Below are positions 42,695-56,730 of a DNA stretch of 64,000 nt, piece by piece. A model generated the notes under the pieces. That model searched no databases, was not told the DNA's origin, and saw only the letters and a list, made by a program, of their open reading frames with translations. Both the position numbers and the translations under genes were made by a program. The stretch comes from Octopus vulgaris (taxonomy: Eukaryota): assembly GCA_951406725.2 (NCBI GenBank), contig OX597818.1, forward strand, positions 119,784,001 to 119,848,000, given 5' to 3'. Each line of letters starts with the position of its first letter. Position 1 is the stretch's first letter.

Positions 42695-42865
42695 TATGTT
42701 TTTTCTCTATATTTTTTTCCGCATGTTCCCTTCTCTTGAAGAGCGTAGGCCCGAAACATAAAAGACTTTCTCACCTTCCCGAGCGTCAAACTAATACACC
42801 TGCTTGTTGTTTATGCACCTGTCTTCGTCTTTTGTCTTTTTGTTTTTCTATAAACTTCAACTATG
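42695..42865 (+). mobile_element. Family D element
   Basis: CTCTTGA-a-GAGCgtagGCCC-GAAA-CA-TA-AAAGA plus tail. Confidence 0.7.
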
Positions 42866-43155
42866 TATATATGTATGTATTTTTCATTTTTTACTTGTTT
42901 CAATCATTTAGACCCCGGTCATACTGGGGCACCGCCTTGAAGAAGAATTTTAGTCGATCGAATCGACCCCAGTACTTATATCTAAGGCCTGGTACTTATT
43001 CTATCAGTCTCTTTCGCCGAACTGCAAAGTTGTCATGCGGTGGGGAGGGGGAAAAGACACTCATACACACATAGACACACACAAGTTTATATATATAATC
43101 TGGATGGTTTTATATTTACAGATTTTTATTAATATATCACGTTTTTATAAATCAT

Positions 43156-43196
43156 ATATTAGCGCTTGCATCCACTCTAGTGGATTCTTCAGATTG
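43156..43196 (-). ncRNA. Degenerate hammerhead motif
   Basis: Minus strand: CTGAAGA-ATCCAC(taga)GTGGAT-GCAA-GCGC-TA. Perfect 6-bp stem II, palindromic AGCGCT, GAAA mutated to GCAA, weak stem I. Confidence 0.5.
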
Positions 43197-43635
43197 AATT
43201 TTGAGGAGATTCGTCTCTTTTTATAGTATTATTGAGTGTGCAGTGGTGGAGAGAGATATAGGATAGTAAAAGAGGGTGATGAATGGGGAGAAAGTGAGAG
43301 AGAATGCGCGCGCGCGTGTGTGTGTGTGTGTGTGTGCCTTTGTATCTGAAAGAAGTGTCAATGGAAAAGAGAAAGAAAGGAAGAAGGAAAAGAGAAAGAA
43401 GAAAAATGTGTTTACTACTATACAGCTGGTCAGTTCTTTCAATAAAAAGTGATTCTTAGCCTTTAGAAATGGCAAAACCAGGTGACTACTCCATGGGGGG
43501 TTTCTTGCTTTGATAAAAGTTATTTTTCAAAAATTCAAAATATTGTCTGGATTTCTTTTTATCATTGTCCAGTGAGAGAGAGTTGTGTGTGTGTGTATGT
43601 GTGCGTTTGTGTGGGAGTGTCTGTGTATCTGAAAG

Positions 43636-44021
43636 GAGAGGGGACAAACAAGAACACACAAAGGGATTAAGTCGATTATATGGACCCCAGTGCGTAACTG
43701 GTACTTAATTTATCAACCCTGAAAGGATGAAAGACAAAGTCGACATCGGCGGAATTTGAACTCAGAAAGTAACTGCAGACGAAATACCTATTTCTTTATT
43801 GCCCATAAGGGGCTAAACACAGAGGGGACAAACATGGACAGACAAACGGATTAAGTCGATTACATCGACCCCAGTGCGTAACTGGTACTTAATTTATCAA
43901 CCCCGAAAGGATGAAAGGTAAAGTCGACCTCGGCAGAATTTGAACTCAGAACGTAACGACAAACGAAATACGGCTAAGCATTTCGCCCGGCGTGCTAACG
44001 ATTCTGTCAGCTCGCCGCCTT
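43636..44021 (-). mobile_element. SINE family C dimer (tail 1 twice)
   Basis: Same junction. Confidence 0.9.
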
Positions 44022-45399
44022 TAGAGAGAAAGTGGGGGGGGGGGAGAATATAGTTGAATATTTTCATATATAAACACTTGATTCATCCGTGATTGTGTGT
44101 GTATCTGTGATGTCTTATGTGTATACTAGTGCTTTAATACATTTTTGAATGTCTGTGTGTTTATGTGTACGTCTGTGTTCGTATATATTTTGTTGATATA
44201 CAGGTGTTATTGTGTTATATGCATGCATGTATATGTGCGTATTTTTACTGAGTACATACGTTTGTAAGAGTACATTTATAGCCAAGCTTCCGACCGTCTG
44301 TATGTACGAGTGTTAGCTTGTGTATGAGCGTGTAAATACGAATGCGTGAGCGTACACGGAGCAGCATAGTGAGTGTATGTGTGTATCTGTGTATACGTGT
44401 ATATGCGTATAGCTGTACCTGTGTTTGTGTTTGTGTGTGTGTGTGTATATATGTATGTGTGCTTGTCAATAGGCAGAACCAACTCTGCGTCTATGTAATA
44501 TTAAATCAAGGAAACCAATTCTAGATGTTAACCGTTTCCAACGTTAAACGAATGGACAGAGCTTCAGAAGCCATCAGAATGAGGAACAAGGAGAGAGAGA
44601 AAGCGAGAGATACAGAGACAAACAGAGGAAGAAAGGCAGAGTAGAAGAGACAGAAAATAAGGGGAATTTTGGCGATAAATTGAAGAAACTTTAGTGTGTA
44701 CCTAATTAGAACCATAGTGTTTAGTATTAAGGTTTTCTAGTTTTGCTTTAGTAATTTGCCTTCCTGTAATTGGTAGCAAATATGTCTGCCTCTGCAGGAC
44801 TTTGTGAGGATGTATATTTGCGTGTACGTGAGCATTTGTATGTGTATATATGTATATGCGTCTGTGTGTGTGGAGGGGTGTATATATATGTTTGTGTGTG
44901 TGTGTATATATGTATATGCGTCTGTGTGTGTGGAGGGGTGTATATATATATATGTGTTTGTGTGTGTGTAACTTTGTGTAATTGGTAGTAAATATACCTG
45001 TCTGTTTCAGCCGGACTTCACGCAGGTGTATATTTGATGTGTGTACGTGTGCGAGTGCGTTTGTTTTGTGTGTGTGTGTGTGTGTTAGTGCGCGCGTAAC
45101 TTTGTATGTGAATATAAGGCTTCCTGCAAGCAGATTCGTTAGCATGCCGGACAAATTGTTCGGCAGTAATGTTTCCGGCTCTTTAATTTCTGAATTCAAA
45201 TACCACCGAGTTCGACTTCGCTTTTCATCCTTTCAGCGCCAACCAAAAAACTGGGGCCGATTTAGTCGACAAAATTTGTCATCTTTTAGGGATCGATAAA
45301 ATAAATACCAACCGAATACTAGAATCGATGAATACTATTATAATTACTACTACTACCACAGCCACTACTACTACGACAAGTACTAATTCACCCCTACTA

Positions 45400-45732
45400 A
45401 TATATTTTCTCTTTTCACTTATTCTTTCTATATCTCCGTTTTCTTTATCTTCCTATCACACTGTCTCTCCATTCTTCATCCTCTAATCTCCACTTTCTCT
45501 CCCTATCTCCCTCTATTTCTCTCTCTCTCTCTCTCTCGCTTTGATTCTCTTTTCCATCTTCTCCTTCTCTTCTCCTTTCCTCTATCTCACCCTCCCCTTT
45601 TCACCAATATCTTTCGCTCCCACTCTTTCCTCATCCTGCTATTTCTCTCTTTCTGCCTTTCCATCTTTTTTCTCTCTCACTGATTGTTCCACTTTATCCC
45701 TTATCTCCCCCGCTTTGTCTCTCTCTCTCTCA

Positions 45733-45778
<46 letters not shown>

Positions 45779-46220
45779 CTCTCTCTCTCTCTCTCACTCT
45801 TTCTCACTCTCTCCTTCTCTCTTGTCCTTGCGTGTGCATGCGTGTGTATCCCCATTGCTATTTATCTTCGTTCTTCTCTGTATGCCCTACGCACATACAC
45901 ACACACATGCATATATATACACAGACCACATACAGATCGCACGCGTGTGTGTGTGTGTGATCCGTGTGCATGTGTATATGCCTGTGTTCATACACACACA
46001 CACACACACATCATTCATCGCTGCCAATCCACTCGCCCAATATTTCCGTCTTCCTTTTTTTCACACTCTGTCTTTCCATCAATCTAAGTCTCTCTCTCTC
46101 TCTTTCTCTTTCTCTTTCACTTACCCGCTCTCTCTCTCTCTCTCTCCCTCCCACTCTATCTCCTCCCACTCCCAATATACATTCACATATTTCATCACTC
46201 CTACTCCCTCTCTACTAAGT
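45400..46220. repeat. Polypyrimidine (CT)-rich low-complexity tract
   Basis: Direct reading; another at 1870-2070. Confidence 0.9.
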
Positions 46221-46588
46221 CATCGTGTATTTTAACCCTGTCGTCTGCGCCGTACAAATTACTTCACCGAACCAAACTTGACAACTTCAAGGAGACATAT
46301 TGGATCGTCTTTTTGTTTTCACTTGACAAACTCTCAACCATTTCCCTTTGTAACTGTTTATGTTTCTGGGAAAGAGGGATTTTTTTTCTTCTTTTTCCAT
46401 TTTGAACGTGACTTTTTTCTTTCAATGTTTTTTTTATTTTCATTTCTTTCATTTTTGAGAGAGACAGAGAGAGTGGGGGTTACATCTCATATTTCCTCTA
46501 TTGCAAGACATTTAAACATGTTTCATATTCGAAGACTTGACAATCTTATCGCATACGTAGAGGAGTTTTGATAAATTGCTTACATATA

Positions 46589-47000
46589 GGCGCAGGCGAG
46601 GCTATGTAGGTAAGAAGCTTGCTTCCCAGTCAAGTGATCTTGGGTTCAGTTCCACTGCACCACTTTGGGCAAGTATCTTCTACTATAGCCCTGTTCGACC
46701 AAAGCCTTGTAAGTGCATTTGGTAGACGGAAACTGAAAGAAGCCTGTCGTTTACGTATGAGAGTGTGTCTGTGTGTGTGTGGTGTGCCTTTGTGTTTGTC
46801 ATAGGAACAAACCCCCACCACAGTTTAACAACCGGTGTTCGTGTGTTCACATTCCCGTAACCTACGTTTCGACATTCGAGACCAATAGAAAAGTATCAGG
46901 CTTTTAAAAAGTAAATACTGGGCTCGAATCGTCCAACTAAAAAACCTTCAAGGCGGTACCCCAGCATGGCTGCAGTCCAATGACTGAAGCAAGCAAAAGA
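46589..47000 (+). mobile_element. SINE family A, diverged
   Basis: Full length. Confidence 0.8.
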
Positions 47001-47292
47001 TACACACACACAGCGGCGGCTTGAAACTTCTTTTTAAAAATCAAATATCTGCCTTTACACATTGTTTGGTTTTTGTATATCAAAGATGTGTCTTTTACTG
47101 TTTTTTTTTTAATTTTTTATCTCTTATCTTTCTCACAATCTTTTCGTTTCTCTGCATTGCATTCTTTCTCTTTGACTTTGTTTTTCTCTTTCACATTTTT
47201 GTTTTGTCTTTCTCACTGTCTGCGCATCTCCTTGATTCGCTCCTTTCATTTTATAATCTTTTCTCTGAGTGTGTATACACACACACACACAC

Positions 47293-47344
<52 letters not shown>

Positions 47345-47348
<4 letters not shown>

Positions 47349-47470
47349 TGCTTGACTGAGGAAAGAAAACTTCGAATGGCCCGTCCTTGTTTTCTTTGTA
47401 TCGTCAATCTGGATGTTTTGTTGTCCCTAGCTGTCCGATGTTTTGCGTTCTTGTCCCATTTTGTATTATA
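47345..47470 (+). mobile_element. Family E short element in (TA)n (second copy 40175-40340, minus)
   Basis: Shared tgactgaRga....cgaatgRccNgtcc and cgttcttgtccc between the two loci. Confidence 0.5.
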
Positions 47471-47474
47471 TATC

Positions 47475-47544
<70 letters not shown>

Positions 47545-47548
<4 letters not shown>

Positions 47549-47785
47549 AATAATTATTATTCAGTTGAATTAGGTACATAAGTTGAAGCACCAAGTCAGT
47601 CCGGTATTATCCCCACAGCTCGAAGTAAGGTGAATAAAATCAAAATAAGCAACAGGATATCAAGTAATAATGAAGATGGCGCTGCATTTAAATTGCTATA
47701 ATGATTGCAGTGTTCAATTAAATGGAGACGCTTGAAACGGTCGTACACCATTAATACATGATATCCTGTTGCTTATTTTGATTAT
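47545..47785. mobile_element. Family F PLE-like terminus with internal inversion, between (TA)n tracts
   Basis: 25-bp inverted repeat 47638-47662 / 47759-47783; shares sequence with 53700-53878. Confidence 0.65.
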
Positions 47786-47800
47786 ATATATATTAACGCT

Positions 47801-47838
<38 letters not shown>

Positions 47839-47930
47839 AAACGCTTGTTTTATGTGAAGTTATAATAAGAATAATTTTATATTGAACTGAAGAAGTAATC
47901 AATATTCTCTGTGGAATACATTGTTATTAT

Positions 47931-48060
47931 TCTTTAACAAGGATGCTGTTGAAAACGGCTACGAAATTTCGGCCTATTAAGCCATCGTTGAACTGTCTAC
48001 GATGAAGGATAAGCTGACCGAAACTTCGAAGTCCCTGTCAACATTATTCTTGTAAAAGAG
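47931..48060. mobile_element. Family H fold-back element with hammerhead 3' half (second copy 55640-55745)
   Basis: Imperfect terminal inverted repeats; ..CC-GAAA-CTTCGAAG-TC (palindromic stem III, GUC site) here and CC-GAAA-CTTCGGAG-TC at about 55704. Confidence 0.5.
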
Positions 48061-48386
48061 ATAGATAGATAGAAAGATAGATAGATACATAGATAGATAT
48101 TTAGGTTGGTAGGTAGGTAGGTAGGTAGGTAGGTAAGTAGGTAGGTAGGTAGGTAGGTAGGTAGGTATGTAGGTAGGTAGACTAATACGTTCGCATAGAT
48201 GCGTGTTTGCATATAAAGATGGTTGGTGTTAGAAGTGATAGGAGTTAGCGGGTGAGAACGGCAATGGCGATCGACGATGACGCTAACGATGATGCTGATG
48301 ATTATGATGACGGTAAATATTCATGAATTGTTGGAGACGAACGAAAGTGGTACGAAAGGAAAAAACAGAAAAATCAAATTATCAAC

Positions 48387-50266
<1,880 letters not shown>

Positions 50267-50599
50267 GAAACGATCGTTAGCAAATATTGGTGCTGGCAAC
50301 ATATGCGACGATGACGTCAGCACATTTCAAAATCACCATCATCACCAGCATCAGCATCAGCATCACCATCGTTATCATCATTATCGTCGCCATCGTCCGC
50401 CTCATCATCATCATCATCATCAGCGCCGTTTTCATCCTTATTTCCACTGCCTTTGTTGCTGGGGTTGTTGTTGCTCCACTGCCAGCATCTTCGGCAATTG
50501 GTTGTAGGAATTTAGTTTGGTCGTTTCGCTTCCTCCACAGAAGAATGACGCGAATACCTGTGACGTGCACATCTGTGTAAACGCGTGCGCTTAGAGAAG

Positions 50600-51350
50600 A
50601 CCCGTGGCTCAGTGGTTAAGGTGTTCGGCTCACGAATACGATAGTGAGTTCGATTCGCGGCGGCGCATTGTTATTTCTTTTACTATCCACAAAGGGCTAC
50701 ACACAGAGGGGACGAACAAGGACATACATACGGATTAAGTCGATTATATCGACCCCAGTGCGTAACTGGTACTCATTTAATCGACCCAAAAGGATGAAAG
50801 GCAAAGTCGACCTCGGCGGAATTCGAACTTAGGACGTAAAGACGGACGAAATATCGCTAAGCATTTTGTCCGACGTGCTGATGCTGCAAGCTTGTCAACT
50901 TTCTTACATACATTAACGATTTCAAATTTTTACACAAGGCCAGTAATTTTAAAGGAGAGTTAAGTCGATAACATTGACCCTAGTTGTACAACTGGTACTT
51001 TGAATTTGAACTCAGAACGTAACGGCAGCATTTCGCCCGGCGTGCTAACGTTTCTGCCAGCTCACTGCCTCCGCGGCGGCACATTGCGTCCTTGAGCAAG
51101 ACACTTTATTTCACGTTGCGCCAGTTCATCCAACTGACAAAAAAAAATGAGTTGTACCTGCATTTCGAAGGGCCAGCCTTGTCACATTCCGTGTCACACT
51201 GAATCTCCCTGAGAACTACGGTAATGGTACACGTGTCTGTGGAGAGCTCAGCCACATGTACGTTAATTTCACGAACAAGCTGTTCGGTTGATGGGATCAA
51301 CATACACTCGTCGTCGTAACCGACGGAGAACCACGCCATGTCCGCGTGCA
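50600..51350 (+). mobile_element. CORE-like SINE with B tail 1, interrupted by SINE C
   Basis: tRNA head, gtccttgagcaagacactt central domain, tail 1; insert 50671-51071 flanked by TSD cgcggcggcRcattg. Confidence 0.75.
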
Positions 51351-51403
51351 CACTCCGTGGAAATATGTGTATGCTTCTGACACGTTTTTGCTTTAAGACG
51401 TAA

Positions 51404-51450
51404 TACTGTTTAATAATTTCGGCAGCACTCAGTGACTCATCAGACCGGTA
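51404..51450 (-). ncRNA. Hammerhead-like motif, core intact, stems decayed
   Basis: Minus strand: TACCGGT-CTGATGA-GTCActgagtgcTGCC-GAAA-TTAT-TA-AACAGTA. Stem I pairs at 5 of 7 positions. Confidence 0.5.
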
Positions 51451-51685
51451 AAATGAAAGAGGCAGCCGTCTATATGCAGTCACTAGACATGCTAGAAATA
51501 ACAACTAAGATTTTTCTCAAACCACAACCTATCAATTTCGTGTATTTTTTTCTCTCAATTTCGTGTACTTTTTCACTCTATTTCGTGTATTTTTTCTCTC
51601 TATAAGTAGTAAAGTCCTATGTCCTAGACACACTATGACAGTAGAAAATAAAAAGATGTGAATGTAATTACTGGTACAACTTCAA

Positions 51686-51860
51686 GATGGCGATCTGGCA
51701 AAATCGTTAGAATGCCGGTCAAAATGCTTAGCGGCATTTCGTTCGTTTTCACGCTCTTGGTTCAAATTCCACCGAGGTCAACTTTGCCTTTCATTCTTTC
51801 GGGGTCGATGAAATAAGTCCCTCTCCACGAAATTGTTGGCCTTATGCCAAAGTTTGAAAC
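51686..51860 (+). mobile_element. SINE family C, diverged (another at 45118-45330, +; one at 381-498, -)
   Basis: Head and central domain recognisable. Confidence 0.7.
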
Positions 51861-52089
51861 TAATTGCTGGAATAATTTTGGTTGTATACATCCACTCAGA
51901 TTCGACAGCCACAACGAAATCCATGGACTTATAGCTTAGCTCCGTTATGTTGCATCAAGTACAGAAGAAAGAAATGTTCCGCAGATGGAAATATCAATAT
52001 TGGTTGTAGGAAACTTTCGCATATGCGTGAAACATACAGAATGTCCCAAAAGTCATTGATGGGTTTAAATTTTTAATAACTTCCTAATA

Positions 52090-52328
52090 GGCGTATGAGT
52101 GGCTGAGTGGTAAGTAGCTTGCTTACCAACCGCATGGTTCCGGGTTCAGTCCCACTGCGTGGCACCTTGGGCAAGTGTCTTCTACTATAGCCTCGGGCCG
52201 ACCAAAGTCTTGTGAGTGGATTTGGTAGACGGAAACTAAAAGAAACCCGTCGTATATATATATATGTATATATATGTGTGTGTGTCTATGTTTGTCCCCG
52301 CCAAGATCGCTTGACAACCAATGCTGGT
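52090..52328 (+). mobile_element. SINE family A, 5' half
   Basis: Head and internal microsatellite. Another 5' half at 56756-56910 (+). Confidence 0.85.
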
Positions 52329-53125
52329 ACCGAACGAAATGCTTCTGGATGTTAGCAATTCCATTGATTAGCATTATGAGAAGTGTCTGGACCCGAATGC
52401 TCATCAGTTTGAAAAAAACTCTTCTCTACTAAAGTCCTAGATACACTATTTCTCGGAGGAAAAACACGCTGGTCAATATGATCAAGAAACAGTTGATTAT
52501 AAATTTGCGTGATCAAGGCCAACCTAGGAATAAACATCAACAACAGCTACAACAACAATAACAAAACTCAATAACAACAACAACACCAATAGCAATATAG
52601 TAAAACTTGAGGAAAAAAAAAACTAAAGAGACAAACGTTTCTGAAAAATTAAATACATCTTGAAATATTTTATTATCACACAAAGGAAATACAAATGTTC
52701 TTTTGCTCTTTTTTTTTTTTTTTTGCTAAATATTTTTTCTTTCGTTCATATAAAATTTTTCTACACAAAGGGTTTCAGTTGGGAATTAAAAAAAAAACAA
52801 AAGTGTTGCTTGTCTTCGAGTTAGAGTGGAGGCAGAGTCGTAACGTTATATATTCCGTCCGTCGCGCTCTTTTGTAGTATCGGTGAGTTCGTAGGCCGGC
52901 CGGAACTTTAAGACGCCAAATTTATCTGTGTACTGCAGGACGGGATTTGGGTGTGTGTTGTTCATCGAACCGAGAGAAGTGTACCTGTGGAAAGTAAAAC
53001 ATTAAGGGCATTAAAAACTGGAGTGTGTATAGTCTGTGTGCGTCTGTGTGTTCGTGCACGTATATATATATTTATATATATACATAGTGTTTCAGTGATT
53101 AAAGATGTGATAACAACTGTCACCG

Positions 53126-53173
<48 letters not shown>

Positions 53174-53570
53174 ACATACATACATACATAGCCTATATAC
53201 ATGAGTGTATATATGTACGCATATATATATATATATAGCCTATATACATGAGTGTATGTATGTACGTATATATATATATATAAATTTATGCATATATACA
53301 TATATGTACATATCTACATATATATATGTATATATACATGTATATATGGGTACAGGACATCAAAAAAACGTTGAACACAATGAGAAACGAAAACATAAAT
53401 ACAAAAACATAGAAACGAACATTTATTTTTGAACAACGAAAAAAAACATAAACGAGGCATGCAACATAAAGAATATTCCCCTTCATCAGTTGTCCCTGTT
53501 TCACCTACTCCGCGTTACGCGCACGGTGTAAGGAAATGAATATTTTGAAAAATAGATTAATACAGTAAGC

Positions 53571-53611
53571 TTGGCTGATGATCCTTAAGTGCTAATGCAC
53601 AATAGGTGAAA
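53571..53611 (+). ncRNA. 5' part of a hammerhead (CUGAUGA, stem II, GAAA) truncated at an inversion junction
   Basis: CTGATGA-tCCT-taa-GTGC(taat)GCAC-aat-AGG-t-GAAA, immediately followed by the inverted repeat 53611-53712. Confidence 0.45.
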
Positions 53612-53869
53612 TCTTCAGCTGCACAAATAAATAAATAGAATTATTTGAGAAAAATTTTATTAATGTGTCCTACTGGTTAAAATTCTATTTATTTATTTGT
53701 GCAGCTGAAGATGGCACTGCATCTAAATTGATGTAATGATTGCATTGTTCGGTCGTTCTGCATCACTACTTGATATCCTGTTGCTTATTTTAATTTCATT
53801 CACCTTCGAGCTGTGTGGATAATACCAGACTGACTTGGTGCTTCAACTTAAGTGCCTAATTCAACTGAA

Positions 53870-53878
<9 letters not shown>
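53611..53878 (+). mobile_element. Family F PLE-like terminus with 32-bp perfect inverted repeat
   Basis: Inverted repeat 53611-53642 / 53681-53712; TGCAG-CTGAAGA...GGTCGTT-CTGCA; ends in (TA)n. Confidence 0.65.
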
Positions 53879-53921
<43 letters not shown>

Positions 53922-54005
53922 ACAATAATAAAATAAGGATAATTACGAAGTTGCGCAGCATTATCTTTAAATTTTTCTCATATATATATATATACAGCTT
54001 TACAT

Positions 54006-54091
54006 AGACCTACACATGTTTCAATTGCACCGATTAGTAACCGTTGAAATTGCAAACCTACTATAATACCGGTGAAGTTTCTTCGGGGTCT
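54006..54091 (-). ncRNA. Type I hammerhead ribozyme-like motif in the PLE 3' end, with expanded stem II
   Basis: Minus strand: AGACC-CCGAAGA-(about 57 nt domain)-GAAA-CATGTG-TA-GGTCT. Stem I AGACC/GGTCT; core has U4C; lies about 150 nt downstream of the GIY-YIG stop. Confidence 0.7.
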
Positions 54092-54240
54092 TTACTTAAT
54101 ATCCTTCGATTGAACTGTTTAAAGTTGTATGATGTAAAGTTATCCGTTAAGTTAGACGCGAATAATCTCCATTTCAAGTTTTAACTGGATAATCACTTAT
54201 AGTCCATCATTTCAATCCATTCTGTTTAAATGTTTGTTAT

Positions 54241-54855
54241 TCATTCATACTGGGCAAATGTGAATTTCCTCATGTGCAAGCATCTCAAAGCTTGTCTCTG
54301 TTTAGAATTTATTACATTACCCATGAATGTAAAAATCTGGTAAAATTCTTCTAAACATAGATCACATTTATACGTTCTTGTTCTGTATGGTTTTACAGTA
54401 CAAATTAATTCCTAATTGATAGTATAGTCTTTGTTTCTCTCCTTAATAGTCCAAATTAATTTACTAAGACTTGTTTGGAATCTTTTATTTTTATCTGTTA
54501 ATGAACTCTAATGAGTTGCCAGTCTCCTCTTGAAAATTAACGATGTCACATGGATGTAAAAGTATTCATTACCCTCAGATGTGACTTTACATCTTTATAT
54601 ATATATATACATTTTTATTCTTACACTTATTTTTCACATAACAGGATTCCCGTTTAGAACAATTGCAAAGATATTTTTTTTATATCTCAGATTTAGTTTT
54701 AATTTGATCATTCATGGTAGAATCAAATTCATTTCCATCAAGTTCTTTATTACTATTTACACTTTTAGATAACGTTATCTTTGTTCTAATTTTAACTGAA
54801 CTTTTATTCGATTCGACGTTATTAAATTGGGTTGTTTTCTCTTTCAGCAACTTTT
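54241..54855 (-). pseudogene. Penelope-like element (PLE) ORF remnant: linker, Cys motif and GIY-YIG endonuclease (Neptune/Nematis-like C-terminus)
   Basis: Hand translation of the minus strand gives LCNCSKRESCYVKNKCKNKNV(IY)..CKVTSEGNEYFYIHVTSLIFKRRLATH*SSLTDKNKRFQTSLSKLIWTIKERNKDYTIN*ELICTVKPYRTRTYKCDLCLEEFYQIFTFMGNVINSKQRQALRCLHMRKFTFAQYE*. This fits the PLE pattern CNC..C..C..VIY..YIG.T..FK.R..H..T.LSK.IW..W..PY..CxLCL.E..N..CxH. Disrupted by stops and a TA expansion, so absent from the ORF track. Confidence 0.9.
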
Positions 54856-55157
54856 AAATTTTCTTTCAGCGGCTTTTTTTAAATTCTTAGCGTTAGCTTC
54901 TATTTGAGCTTTTGTTTTTTATTCCGTTTGACGTTATTATGCTTAATATTTACTATGCTGCTCTCATTATATTAGCTTTCTTGAAATTTTGGAAAACGTT
55001 GGAAGAACGTATGCAGTTCTTGAAGGTTTTTTCTAAAATTTTACATCTTTAACGATTCTCCAGTGTTCATCGTCGTAAGTTGCCAGGAGTTGCTTAAGTG
55101 GTGGATATACAGATACAACGACATCTGTACCGGCATATACGTATACGTATGCATATA

Positions 55158-55205
<48 letters not shown>

Positions 55206-55321
55206 GCATACATGACTGCACGACTGATGTTGTCTAACTTTGAGTGAGAGATCCTTGTTTCTGAGCTGGAAACCGGTTCATTTTCCATCGATGAGAAATT
55301 CAAAAAATGGTGCTAACTACA

Positions 55322-55364
<43 letters not shown>

Positions 55365-55375
55365 CTATATATAAA

Positions 55376-55637
55376 TCACATGATCGACCAAACTATCGGA
55401 TGTTATACATGGCTGGTCACAATGCGCTTTATATTGCTTTAGCTTTCGAATGATGTCACATCCTTATGGGAAAGCTGATCCGTCACAGGGTGACCCATTT
55501 ACAGCTGAGTAGACTGGAGCAACGTGAAAACGAAGTGTTTTGCTCAAGAACACAACTCACAGCCGCTCTGATAATTGAAACCACAATCTCACAAACATGA
55601 GTGCAATACGATGTAACCTCTAGGCCACGCGCCTTCA
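55376..55637 (-). mobile_element. CORE-like SINE with B tail 2
   Basis: Minus strand: tRNA head, gtgttcttgagcaaaacactt..ctccagtctactcagctgtaaatggg, then tail 2. Confidence 0.7.
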
Positions 55638-56111
55638 CATGAATGTTGTTGACAGTGATTTAAAGGTTCAGCCAGATAACCGATCATCGGATAGATTCGC
55701 TGGCCGAAACTTCGGAGTCACTACCAACAACATTCTTGTTTAGAAATAAACCTGATTCATGTAAAATTGCTTTTATTATAGCTGAACATAAAAATGAAAT
55801 ATAAATATTATACATATTATATATATATATATATATATATATAGTTACATACATATATATATATACATATACATACAAAAAACATATATAAATACATATA
55901 TACATACATATACACACATATACATATATACATACATACACATATATACATACATACGCATACATACATATACATACATTTATATATACATATATATATA
56001 TATATATACATACATATATATACGCACACACATATATATATACACACACACACATATATATATATACACACACACACATATATATATACACACACACACA
56101 CATATATATAT

Positions 56112-56152
<41 letters not shown>

Positions 56153-56604
56153 CGTCGTGAGTACGTGTTTACATTAATCCTAAGCAATTACATACACTAC
56201 ACAATAGACATAGAGATAGAAAGATAGACAGACCGACAGACAGATTTGACACAGTAAAAATTTTTATATGGTATAAGCGAAAAACAAATACCCAATATCC
56301 AATACACAATATCAAATTTCAGACGCAAATATCCCTTTTTGTTCGAAATACAAATAATGCAAAGTTCAACGAAAAAGAAGTAAAAAAAAAAACAAAAAAA
56401 AAACATCAAATGAATTCTCATTTTAAAAGCGAAAGGACAGTTCTAGAATCGATATTTAAATAAAACGTACAGCTTACCAATTCTATTGACAAAATAATTA
56501 ATTATACACTAGCTAAAATGAAAAACCAAACAAAAGCAGAAAGCAAATCTAATAAGGAGTAAACATACAACAAAAAGCAAACGCGACAGAAACTCTGTGT
56601 TTTG

Positions 56605-56730
56605 ATTCGACCTGCTAAAATCATAGCAGCTAAATATCCCTCGAATCACTTCTGTTATATTGGATAATGTAGATATGGATATTAAAAAAAGGCGGGATGT
56701 TCAAAAGTGGAATGGCTTTGATCATAGATC
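56605..56730 (+). repeat. Unclassified old interspersed repeat (family J)
   Basis: gctagaaatagcaRccaaat..ctcaaatcacacc..ggataatgtag..ctttgatc recurs at about 18360-18520, 27430-27570, 38630-38690, 51480-51680 and 63000-63140 (-). Confidence 0.55.

Noticed and set aside
50277-50580. ORFs with His/Met runs
   Set aside because: Driven by degenerate (CAT)n repeats; no domain or convincing splice context.
52034-52420. Tc1/mariner remnant (tacagaatgtccca; KCLDPNAHQFEK)
   Set aside because: Too short and degenerate to call without a search.
53470-53525. Hammerhead on the minus strand (GAAAC..CTGATGA)
   Set aside because: Core halves are present but the stems required for a type II or III permutation do not pair.
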